Source of the DNA: a bacterium
GTDB taxonomy: Bacteria > Zhuqueibacterota > Zhuqueibacteria > Oceanimicrobiales > Oceanimicrobiaceae
Length of the DNA: 64,000 nt
Reading direction: 5' to 3'
Assembly: GCA_037446635.1 (NCBI GenBank)
Contig: JBBIIG010000001.1
Coordinates: 163,268 to 227,267 of the forward strand
Positions within the stretch are counted from its first letter, which is position 1; the number at the start of each line of letters is the position of its first letter. Position numbers and translations under genes: made by a program. The notes under the pieces are model-generated. The model ran no database searches and was not told the origin of the DNA. It was given only the letters and a program-made list of their open reading frames with translations. Positions 30,993 to 39,010 of this stretch are shown here, piece by piece.

Positions 30993-31361
30993 TTAGCTTC
31001 TTGAAGGAGACAATCGGTCTCCTTCTTTTTTAGTGATCAGTTTCCGAATAATGCTTTCGACCTCAACGCGCGGAAACGTGCCCGCCAACGACTCAACCAG
31101 TTTTCCATCCCGGAAAAAAAGAATCGTCGGGCTAGTAAAAATTCGAAAGCGTTCGGCGGTTTTTGGGTTTTCACGCGTATTGATGCGGCAGAACTTCACC
31201 CGTTGGTTATACTGTTCGTCCAGTTTCACCAAACCCGGTTCGATGAGATAGCGGTTACTGAAATTCTCATCGTAAAATATGACCAATACAATTCTGCCCG
31301 GAGCCACAAGCTCAGCATCAAAATTTCGGTCTGTCAATGCCTTCGAAGCCATTCGAATCAC
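30993..31361 (-). CDS. Thioredoxin-fold protein lacking the CxxC active site
   Basis: 122 aa. Aligns to thioredoxin (LTDRNFDAEL..., VLVIFYDENFSNRYLIEP where VDFWAEWCGPCKxxxP is expected, FRIFTSPTILFFRDGKLV). No Cys at the active-site position. Confidence 0.75.
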   Translation of the reverse strand: MIRMASKALTDRNFDAELVAPGRIVLVIFYDENFSNRYLIEPGLVKLDEQYNQRVKFCRINTRENPKTAERFRIFTSPTILFFRDGKLVESLAGTFPRVEVESIIRKLITKKEGDRLSPSRS

Positions 31362-31414
31362 CCCACGTTGGTTACCATCTGCTGACTTTTGTTAATCACT
31401 CGCCATATCAGATA

Positions 31415-31430
31415 TCAATTGATGTGCCAA
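31415..31430 (-). promoter_or_regulatory. Candidate sigma-54 promoter (copy 1) upstream of the Trx-like/DoxX array
   Basis: Minus strand reads TTGGCACatcaaTTGA with correct spacing. It lies ~55 bp upstream of ATG 31361 and ~135 bp downstream of the activator gene. Confidence 0.5.
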
Positions 31431-31562
31431 CGGTATTTTTGGGAGATTGTAGCCGATGTAAGTAGCTTTTCCTACATGATGTTGCGGGATAAATCAAAAA
31501 AGGGAAGCAAGGAGGGAAGACAGCAAGTTTTTATGAAATATCAAAAATTTTATGACACCTCA

Positions 31563-32984
31563 TCATTCGTTTGATGCAACACGTTGAATCCCCAATTTCT
31601 TCATGCGGGAAACCAAAGTTTGGGGATTGATTCCGAGGATTTGAGCAGCGCCATTCGGACCACTGACACGCCAGCGTGTGGAATCCAGCACCTGCAAGAT
31701 GTGAGCACGTTCCACTTCCGTCAAGGTGCGATGTCGCTTCTCATCTTCTCTCTGCGATTCGCCCCGAAACCAATTGCCGATTTCGAGCCGATTGCCATGA
31801 GACAGTATCACGCCGCGTTCGATGATATTTTCCAACTCACGAATATTGCCGGGCCAATTGTAATTCTCCAAAGTAGACAAAACACTGCGGGGGATGACTT
31901 TGATTTCCCGTCCAATTTTCTTGGCGTATTTCCGGACAAAGTAATCCACCAGCAGCGGGATGTCTTCCCGTCTTTCGCAGAGCGGCGGGACATGGATGGG
32001 AAAAACGTTCAGGCGATAGAACAGATCTTCGCGGAAGGTCTTTTCGGCAACAGCCTTTTCCAGGTCGCGGTTGGTTGCCGCAATGATACGCACATCGGTG
32101 CTTAACGTTTGGGTGCCACCGAGACGTTCAAACTCACTGCTTTGGATTACCCGCAGTAATTTGACCTGCATCTCAACCGGCAGTTCGCCGATTTCATCAA
32201 GAAAGATCGTGCCGCCGTTTGCCAGCTCGAAGCGCCCAACCTTGGATTTCAGCGCGCCAGTAAAAGCACCCTTTTCATGGCCGAAAAGCTCGCTTTCGAT
32301 CAGGCTGGCTGGAAGCGCCGCACAGTTGACCTTAACCAAAGGGCGGTTATGACGCAAGCTAATGTTATGGATGGCGCGCGCGATGAGCTCTTTGCCGGTG
32401 CCAGTTTCGCCCTGGATGAGAACGGTCGCGTCCGTCTCCGCGACGTGCTCGACCGCGTGCAGCACCTCTTGAATCCGACGGCTCTTACCGATAATCGCTT
32501 CAAAATTGTGCGTGAGCTTGATCTCCTGCTGCAAATAAACATTTTCCTCCTGCAGACGATTTTTTAACTGCTCTATTTCATTGAATGCTTTTTTTAGAGC
32601 TGCTTCAGCCTGGCGCCGTTCGGTGATGTCGCGCGCAAACCAGCAAACATATTCCTGGTTTTCGAATTCGACCAGACTACCCGCGACTTCAACAGGAAGC
32701 TCCCGACCGTCCCTGGTCTCAATGGTTCGCTCGAATCGCACAGTACCATGCTGTCTCATATTCTCCCGAAGTTCCTCGACATAGGCGGGATCGAGTCCAA
32801 AGCCAAGTTCTGGCGGCTTTTTACCTACCATCTCCTCCGGCGCATAACCAACCATTCGGCAGGTTGCATCGTTGACGCGACGTATCGTATCTTCGGAGTC
32901 GATCCAGAGAATAGCGTCAGGATCTTTTTCGATGGTAAAGTGGGAAAGAAGTATGGTCCTTTCGAATTCTTTTGAGGCTTCCAT
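31563..32984 (-). CDS. Sigma-54-dependent transcriptional activator (PAS sensor + AAA+ + Fis-type HTH; no receiver domain)
   Basis: 473 aa. Walker A GETGTGKE. Sigma-54 contact loop EKGAFTGA. C-terminal [21 protein letters not shown]. Confidence 0.92.
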   Translation of the reverse strand: MEASKEFERTILLSHFTIEKDPDAILWIDSEDTIRRVNDATCRMVGYAPEEMVGKKPPELGFGLDPAYVEELRENMRQHGTVRFERTIETRDGRELPVEVAGSLVEFENQEYVCWFARDITERRQAEAALKKAFNEIEQLKNRLQEENVYLQQEIKLTHNFEAIIGKSRRIQEVLHAVEHVAETDATVLIQGETGTGKELIARAIHNISLRHNRPLVKVNCAALPASLIESELFGHEKGAFTGALKSKVGRFELANGGTIFLDEIGELPVEMQVKLLRVIQSSEFERLGGTQTLSTDVRIIAATNRDLEKAVAEKTFREDLFYRLNVFPIHVPPLCERREDIPLLVDYFVRKYAKKIGREIKVIPRSVLSTLENYNWPGNIRELENIIERGVILSHGNRLEIGNWFRGESQREDEKRHRTLTEVERAHILQVLDSTRWRVSGPNGAAQILGINPQTLVSRMKKLGIQRVASNE

Positions 32985-33627
32985 AATTGGTTCCTACCTT
33001 CAAATTTTTTGGCAATTCTTACGGATTTCTGCGGTGCAACCTATGCCGTGGATGGTATGAGATCGTTTCTCCCGTCGCAACGAGAGATGTTCTCGCTATG
33101 ATCAAATATACGAAAGCCGGTTCTCAAATCAAGCACATTTATTTAAATGGCAGGATAAGAACGACGGCCCAGGGCGAGTAACGTCATCCCACAATATTTT
33201 TGAGAAATCGAATCCGTTCTCTTGCCTTTTCCCAAAGCCCAGAACGCCTAAAATGCAGTCACTGGAAATGAGCAAAAGGATCCAAGCAACTTTGACTTCT
33301 GTCTTCTGACAACCCGTCTTGACATGAGCGCTGATTCTATTAGGTCAACAAAGTTTCCCAAGACGACTTTGCGTAGTAAAGCCCGCTACAGACTATTGGG
33401 AAATCGATCCAGGAAAGCCACACCGTGTTACTCGCCGAATCGTCGAGCAGATAAACCGGCTAAATACTTCGGCATCACCCTCCCAAGGCAGACAGAGGAA
33501 CTCCCGCAGACTGGAGGGTCCGAGGGCAACAGATTGTTGACTTCTGACTGGAGGCACGACCGGTTACGCTCGGCGCCAGTTGCTACTGGTGGGGCTGAGT
33601 CTCCTAAAAATAGAAAGCCATAAATGT

Positions 33628-33828
33628 TCAGACACTATTGATGTTAGCCACTAACACCTTTTCATCTATCCCAACCACCTCGGCCAACTTACGCACATGT
33701 TTCCTCCTCGGCACCACCCTATCCAGTTCCCAATGGACGACGGACATTTCGTTGACGCCAAGAAGGTTCGCCAGTTGCACCTGGGAAAGGCCTTGTTCCT
33801 GACGGAATCTTTTGATATATTGCCCCAA
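33628..33828 (-). CDS. XRE-family helix-turn-helix protein (66 aa)
   Basis: GLSQVQLANLLGVNEMSVVHWE is a classic HTH_3 core. Confidence 0.8.
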   Translation of the reverse strand: MGQYIKRFRQEQGLSQVQLANLLGVNEMSVVHWELDRVVPRRKHVRKLAEVVGIDEKVLVANINSV

Positions 33829-33914
33829 TGTCTTTGCTTCGATAGGCTGAATGGGTTCGACCTTAGGAATGCGGAAGCTGATTTTGAAGCACTTTTGGTA
33901 TTTGTTAATGGGAG

Positions 33915-34412
33915 ATGAACGGGTGCCCGTGCGGGTTTAATGGCGATCCTCACAATGAATGCTCGTGCACGCCGCCGCAGATCCAAAAATACCTGGCCAA
34001 AGTTTCCGGGCCGCTTTTGGATCGCATCGATATTCACATCGAGGTACCGGCGGTGCGGTATAAAGAACTGGCCAGCGACATTTCTGGGGAAAACTCTGCT
34101 ACGATCCGTGAACGCGTCAAGCGGGCTCGAGAGCTCCAACTCAAACGCTTTCAGTCAAGGAAGAATCTCTTCTGCAACGCGCGGATGGAATCGAAAGAAA
34201 TTCGTCATTACTGCAAAATTGATGAACAGGGCCACGAATTGTTGAAAATGGCGATCACGAAATTAGGGTTGTCGGCGCGCGCCTATGATCGCATTCTCAA
34301 AGTCTCGCGCACCATTGCCGATCTCGAAGGCTCCGAAGAAATACGCCCGGAGTGTGTCAGCGAGGCGATTCAGTATCGCAGTTTGGATCGAGAATTGAGG
34401 ACGGGATTTTGA
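33915..34412 (+). pseudogene. comM: Displaced comM 3' fragment (last 165 codons only; right copy of the direct repeat)
   Basis: Begins abruptly at the codon equivalent to Met349 of the intact comM. By manual alignment there are about 10 aa differences and many synonymous ones. Its own stop is TGA, versus TAG in the intact copy. No upstream comM sequence. Confidence 0.88.
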
Positions 34413-34578
34413 AGCGCCAAACGTTTCCGCAAAAAGTTGGCTGGCACCGGGTAACCATTCCGGAGTAAACCCAACCGAAATCTGCTAAGCTTAAGGGAAT
34501 GAATCTCGACCCTGCTACCTATATTGCGCTTCAACGAGTTATTAAGTGGATTTAGTTGAATTTTTGCCAACTGAAATA

Positions 34579-34608
34579 AAACAAGCCCTTTCAATGAAGG
34601 GCTTGTTT
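34579..34608 (-). terminator. Rho-independent terminator hairpin (better on the minus strand)
   Basis: AAACAAGCCCTT tcaatg AAGGGCTTGTTT. On the minus strand the stem is followed by TTTTATTT. Confidence 0.6.
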
Positions 34609-34711
34609 CGGGTGAATATCGCGATTGATGTGTCCGATCATTCCGCCGGGCTAATATAGCACGGGGCTTCCTCGCCTAACCAATATGGCTTCAGATCAGA
34701 AGGGATGATGC

Positions 34712-34819
34712 CTAACCTTCGTCATCACCATTATCGTCATCGCCATCATCGTCCTCGTCTTCTCCCGCATCATCGCAGACCTGAAGGTTGCGCGTTCTGA
34801 ATTCGTCGGCGCTTACCAT
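34712..34819 (-). CDS. Possible 35-aa highly acidic micro-protein
   Basis: Below the track cutoff. ATG 34819: MVSADEFRTRNLQVCDDAGEDEDDDGDDDNGDDEG, stop 34714..34712. A terminator lies ~100 bp downstream on the same strand. Weak RBS. Confidence 0.25.
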   Translation of the reverse strand: MVSADEFRTRNLQVCDDAGEDEDDDGDDDNGDDEG

Positions 34820-34891
34820 CAGGAACCTTTGTTTCAGCCGTAAGTATTAGATCACAGCATATTACTCATTTAAAAAATGAAGGGGTGTCAA

Positions 34892-35077
34892 ATGATTGTT
34901 GTAAATGTGAAAAAGGGAGAATCGTTAGACCACGCTCTCAAACGCTTCAAGCAGCAGTGTCAACGAGCGGGCATTCAAAAAGATCTGAAAAAGGTGAGTT
35001 TCTATCTCAAGCCAAGCGAACGCAGAAAAATCGCGCGGCGTTTGGCGAGTCGTCGGCATCGCAAGAACGAGGATTAA
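34892..35077 (+). CDS. rpsU: 30S ribosomal protein S21
   Basis: MIVVNVKKGESLDHALKRFKQQCQRAGIQKDLKKVSFYLKPSERRK. Start at the second Met of the track ORF. Confidence 0.93.
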   Translation: MIVVNVKKGESLDHALKRFKQQCQRAGIQKDLKKVSFYLKPSERRKIARRLASRRHRKNED

Positions 35078-35101
35078 CTGATTTACCGCGTTGATAAAAA
35101 T

Positions 35102-35287
35102 AAATCCCTGCATCTCAGTGTGGTGTGATCGAAAAGAACTCCGACCAACACGGTGGGCACCGCCTGAACGTTTTTTGCGTCCACTACCCTAAAGGGTGAG
35201 GCATGCAATACGCGCCCAGAGCTGAGTTCCCATATTAAAGGTGTTAGCTCTTTTTAATTAAAGGCCACACCAAGTATGCAGGGATTT
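35102..35287. ncRNA. Candidate structured RNA, 6S (SsrS)-like rod
   Basis: The 12-bp terminal stem AAATCCCTGCAT / ATGCAGGGATTT encloses ~160 nt. Further co-linear pairings: GTGTGG/CCACAC, AAAAGA/TCTTTT, AACAC/GTGTT. Internal hairpins GGTG-GG-CACC and CCCT-AA-AGGG. No ORF. Strand not decidable by eye. Confidence 0.4.
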
Positions 35288-35451
35288 TCTGAGGTGCATG
35301 TTAATAAAATTCCCCAAAAAAGTCAAGGGGAAAATCCCGCGATTTTTTCTCTCGAAAATATCTTAGTCGTCGGTTTTCACACTTCCGAAAAATAGTTGAT
35401 TTTGATCCCACAAATCTTTAAGTTAGCTCGCATCTTGTTTGAAACAGGGCC

Positions 35452-36624
35452 ATGGGAAAAACCAAAATTCAACTCTTCACAAATATCTTTTCGTTCCTGA
35501 TTATTTTGTACTCACCGCTAAATGCTCACGAAGCACGGCCGCGGGCCAGAGACATTGGCATCGAGGTCGGCATCTTTCGAACCGGAACCTGGAACGCCAT
35601 CACTGATGTTGCTGGCGTAACAGTCGGGCACACTACGATCATAAAGCCCGATATCTGCACCGGCATAACCGCCATCTTACCTCACGGGGGAAATCTTTTT
35701 CAAATGAAAACGCCGGCCGCCATTTACGTCGGCAATGGCTTCGGCAAATTGAGCGGGGTTACACAAGTAGAGGAATTGGGCAACGTTGAAACGCCCATCC
35801 TCCTGACCAACACGCTTGGCGTGCCGCGCGTCGCCGACGCGGTGATCGAGTATATGCTGGCGCAAAAAGGCAACGACGACGTTCGCTCCATCAATCCGGT
35901 GGTTGGCGAAACCAACGACGGCTGGCTGAATGACATCCGCAAACAAGTGCTTGGAAAAGATGAGGTATTTAACGCCATCGATTCGGCGCGAACCGGCCCG
36001 GTGGAAGAAGGCTGCGTGGGCGCCGGCGCCGGTGTGATTTGCCTTGGGTTCAAAGGCGGGATTGGCACCTCATCGCGGCGGCTTCCAAAAAATTTGGGCG
36101 GATACACTGTCGGCGTTTTGGTGCAAACCAACTTCGGCGGCAGCCTCGAAATCAACGGCGCCCCGGTGGGAAGAGAACTCGGCCGCTACAGTTTCAAAAA
36201 CGACCTCAAATATGAGGAGGGCGACGGCTCCTGCATGATCGTGGTCGCAACCGACGCCCCCCTATCATCGCGAAATCTGAAACGATTGGCGAAGCGCGCC
36301 TACTTAGCTCTGGCCAAAACCGGCGCGTTCTCTGCAAATGGCAGCGGCGATTACGTGATAGCTTTTTCAAATTATCCAGCCAATCTAATTGATCACAGCC
36401 AGCAAAACAGCGTGAAAAAAATTGATGACCTCCAAAACGAAGCCCTCTCTCCCCTGTTTCTCGCGGTTGTCGAAGCCACTCAGGAGGCAATTTATAATTC
36501 ACTTCTTAAAGCGACGACCACCACTGGCCGCGATGGACGCACCGTTGAAGCCATTCCTATCGATCAGGTTATCGCCATTTGCAAAAAGTATAATGTCTTG
36601 AAAACCCTTTCGAGGTCCGAATAG
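35452..36624 (+). CDS. Secreted peptidase family S58 (DmpA/L-aminopeptidase-like)
   Basis: 390 aa. Signal peptide. NAITDVAGVTVGHTT, GITAILPHGG, VVGETNDGWLND. Confidence 0.85.
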   Translation: MGKTKIQLFTNIFSFLIILYSPLNAHEARPRARDIGIEVGIFRTGTWNAITDVAGVTVGHTTIIKPDICTGITAILPHGGNLFQMKTPAAIYVGNGFGKLSGVTQVEELGNVETPILLTNTLGVPRVADAVIEYMLAQKGNDDVRSINPVVGETNDGWLNDIRKQVLGKDEVFNAIDSARTGPVEEGCVGAGAGVICLGFKGGIGTSSRRLPKNLGGYTVGVLVQTNFGGSLEINGAPVGRELGRYSFKNDLKYEEGDGSCMIVVATDAPLSSRNLKRLAKRAYLALAKTGAFSANGSGDYVIAFSNYPANLIDHSQQNSVKKIDDLQNEALSPLFLAVVEATQEAIYNSLLKATTTTGRDGRTVEAIPIDQVIAICKKYNVLKTLSRSE

Positions 36625-36628
36625 TCGC

Positions 36629-36841
36629 ATGGATTCGTTTGGAAAAATTTTTATTCTGGTCGGCGCCCTCTTTCTTTTGATTGGCGGGGCATTGCTGCTC
36701 TTTAAACATATCCCATTTTTCGGAAAACTTCCCGGCGATATTCTGATTCAAAAGAAAAATTTTACTTTCTATTTTCCACTGACAACATCGATACTGCTCA
36801 GCTTACTTTTGACGTTGATCTTGTATTTGTTCAAACGCTAA
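36629..36841 (+). CDS. DUF2905 family small membrane protein
   Basis: 70 aa. FGKLPGDI motif between two TM helices. Confidence 0.8.
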   Translation: MDSFGKIFILVGALFLLIGGALLLFKHIPFFGKLPGDILIQKKNFTFYFPLTTSILLSLLLTLILYLFKR

Positions 36842-36852
36842 CTCTGCCCTTT

Positions 36853-38184
36853 ATGAAAACGAATTTTAAAACCTCCGGCATCTTTTTCAGAACGTTGCTT
36901 TTGTTTGCCATTGTCTTTATCAGCAGTGCGATGATACTCCAGGCCGAAGAAGACAAACCCATCGTGCACGTCATTGAAGTGGAAAGCATCATTGGTCCGG
37001 TCTCCGCTGAGTTCATCACCAAGTCCATCATCCGCGCCGAGGAAGAAAAAGCAGAGTGCCTGATCATTCAGTTGGACACGCCGGGCGGCTTGCTCTCCTC
37101 GACGCGCGACATCATCAAAAGCTTTCTTTCCGCTCACGTTCCGATTGTGGTGTATGTCTGGCCCTCGGGTGCGCACGCCGGTTCGGCCGGTGTTTTCATT
37201 TGTTATGCGGCGCATTTCGTGGCGATGGCGCCCAGCACCAACATCGGCTCGGCCACTCCCGTGGATATAGAAGGCAAATCTGACAGCCTGAGCGCGTTAT
37301 CGCGCAAAATCACCAACGACGCCGTCGCCCAGATCAAAGGGCTGGCGGAAAAGCGCGGCCGCAACGTCGAGTGGGCAGAAAAGGCGGTGCGCGAAGCGGT
37401 GAACATCCCTGAAAGCGAAGCGCTTGCGCTCAACGTCATCAATTTTATCTCGCCGTCGTTGGACTCGCTGCTGGCACAGTTGCACGGCCGCGAAGCCGAG
37501 GTGGCGTCCGGGAAAGCCACCCTCAAAACCAAAAACGCGCACGTCATCCAGAAGCAGATGAACTTGCGCTATCGCATCCTCGAAAAAATCTCCAACCCCA
37601 ACGTCGCCTACATTTTGTTGATGTTGGGAATTTACGGCATCTTCTTCGAGCTCTCCAACCCCGGCGCGATCTTCCCGGGCGTGGTGGGCGCGATTTTTTT
37701 GATTTTGGCGTTTTTTGCGCTGGAAACGCTGCCGGTGAATTACGCCGGTTTGCTGCTGATTTTATTGGCGATCGTGCTGTTCATTTTAGAAGTCAAAATC
37801 ACCAGCTTCGGACTATTAACCATTGGCGGAATCCTATCTATGATCCTCGGCTCACTCATGCTGATCGAACAACCGCCGGACAATTTTCAACCGGTGGTCT
37901 CCATTTCTATAAGCTTGATTATTTCTGTCGTCATTATCACCGCGGCATTTTTTATTTTTGCTTTTGGAATGGCCTTCAAAACTCATCGCAAAAAAGTGAC
38001 CACCGGCGTCGAGGGCATGATTGGTGAAACCGGCCTGGCGCAAACGGCCATCAACCCCCATGGCACAGTAAAAGTTCACGGCGAAATTTGGAAGGCCGCG
38101 AGCTCGCAGCCCATTAAAAAAGGCGAGCGCATTCGTGTGGCGAGTGTAGATGGCCTGACGTTGGTCGTCGAAAAACTTAATTGA
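36853..38184 (+). CDS. NfeD-family membrane-bound ClpP-class serine protease
   Basis: 443 aa. ClpP-like N domain, central TM block, C-terminal NfeD OB domain (GTVKVHGEIWKAAS). Precedes the SPFH gene. Confidence 0.9.
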   Translation: MKTNFKTSGIFFRTLLLFAIVFISSAMILQAEEDKPIVHVIEVESIIGPVSAEFITKSIIRAEEEKAECLIIQLDTPGGLLSSTRDIIKSFLSAHVPIVVYVWPSGAHAGSAGVFICYAAHFVAMAPSTNIGSATPVDIEGKSDSLSALSRKITNDAVAQIKGLAEKRGRNVEWAEKAVREAVNIPESEALALNVINFISPSLDSLLAQLHGREAEVASGKATLKTKNAHVIQKQMNLRYRILEKISNPNVAYILLMLGIYGIFFELSNPGAIFPGVVGAIFLILAFFALETLPVNYAGLLLILLAIVLFILEVKITSFGLLTIGGILSMILGSLMLIEQPPDNFQPVVSISISLIISVVIITAAFFIFAFGMAFKTHRKKVTTGVEGMIGETGLAQTAINPHGTVKVHGEIWKAASSQPIKKGERIRVASVDGLTLVVEKLN

Positions 38185-38214
38185 GTTGCAAACACAAACT
38201 TCAGGAGGGAGATC

Positions 38215-38982
38215 ATGTCACTCTATTTAATTCTAATTCTTGGCTTAATGCTTCTTTCCAGCGCCGTACGGGTTCTGCGGGAGTACGAAAGAGGGGTGGT
38301 TTTCCGGCTCGGGCGGCTGGTGGGTTCCCGCGGCCCCGGATTGATTTTGCTCATCCCACTCATCGACCGCATGGTTAAGGTCAGCCTGCGCACCGTGGCG
38401 ATGGATATTCCGCCGCAGGATGTGATCACCAAAGACAACGTCTCGGTGAAAGTGAACGCGGTTCTCTATTTCCGCGTGATGGACCCATCGAAGGCGATCA
38501 CTGAAGTTGAGGACTATTTGTATGCCACCTCGCAGTTGGCGCAAACTACTCTGCGCAGCGTGTTGGGCGGGCACGAATTAGATGAAATGCTCGCCGAGCG
38601 CGAAAAGATCAACAGCAACCTGCAAGAAATTATCGACAACCACAGCGATCCCTGGGGCGTGAAAGTCACGCTGGTGGAAATCAAACACGTCGATCTGCCG
38701 CAAGAAATGCAGCGCGCGATTGCCCGCCAGGCCGAAGCCGAGCGCGAGCGCCGCGCCAAAATCATCCACGCGGAGGGCGAATACCAGGCCTCGCAAAAAT
38801 TGCGCGACGCCGCGGCCGTGATCAGCGATTACCCGCAGGCGCTGCAACTGCGCTTTTTGCAAACGCTGACGGAAGTGGCGGCGGAAAACAATTCCACGAT
38901 CGTCTTCCCGCTGCCTATCGATCTGTTGAAAAATTTTATGACCAGCGACGATTCCAAAAAAGTCCGCGCCCGCTCTAAATAA
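38215..38982 (+). CDS. SPFH/band-7 (stomatin-like) protein
   Basis: 255 aa. N-terminal [14 protein letters not shown], conserved SPFH core and [11 protein letters not shown] coiled tail. Confidence 0.93.
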   Translation: MSLYLILILGLMLLSSAVRVLREYERGVVFRLGRLVGSRGPGLILLIPLIDRMVKVSLRTVAMDIPPQDVITKDNVSVKVNAVLYFRVMDPSKAITEVEDYLYATSQLAQTTLRSVLGGHELDEMLAEREKINSNLQEIIDNHSDPWGVKVTLVEIKHVDLPQEMQRAIARQAEAERERRAKIIHAEGEYQASQKLRDAAAVISDYPQALQLRFLQTLTEVAAENNSTIVFPLPIDLLKNFMTSDDSKKVRARSK

Positions 38983-39010
38983 ATCGCTGGCGTGACTATT
39001 TCTGACTAAA

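Larger units (their letters stand above)
8357..33914. mobile_element. Putative degenerate integrated element / genomic island inserted at the comM 3' end (no recombinase present)
   Basis: Bracketed by the comM 3'-end direct repeat. Contains pseudogenes, an XRE-type regulator at the right edge and a compositionally distinct left part. No integrase, transposase or conjugation genes recognised. Confidence 0.4.

Noticed and set aside
33181-33627. Possible RNase P RNA, tmRNA, SRP RNA, cobalamin riboswitch or group II intron domain V
   Set aside because: None of the invariant signatures I remember is present on either strand. I checked GAGGAAAGTCCGGGC, the GGGGCTGA start with a CCACCA-type end, the GGAAGCAGCCAAGGCAG core, the B12 box and the domain V hairpin. 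The region is kept only as an unexplained finding.
33666-34139. A 157-aa minus-strand ORF spanning the XRE gene and the comM fragment
   Set aside because: It overlaps two features that carry clear homology signals, and it has no motif of its own.
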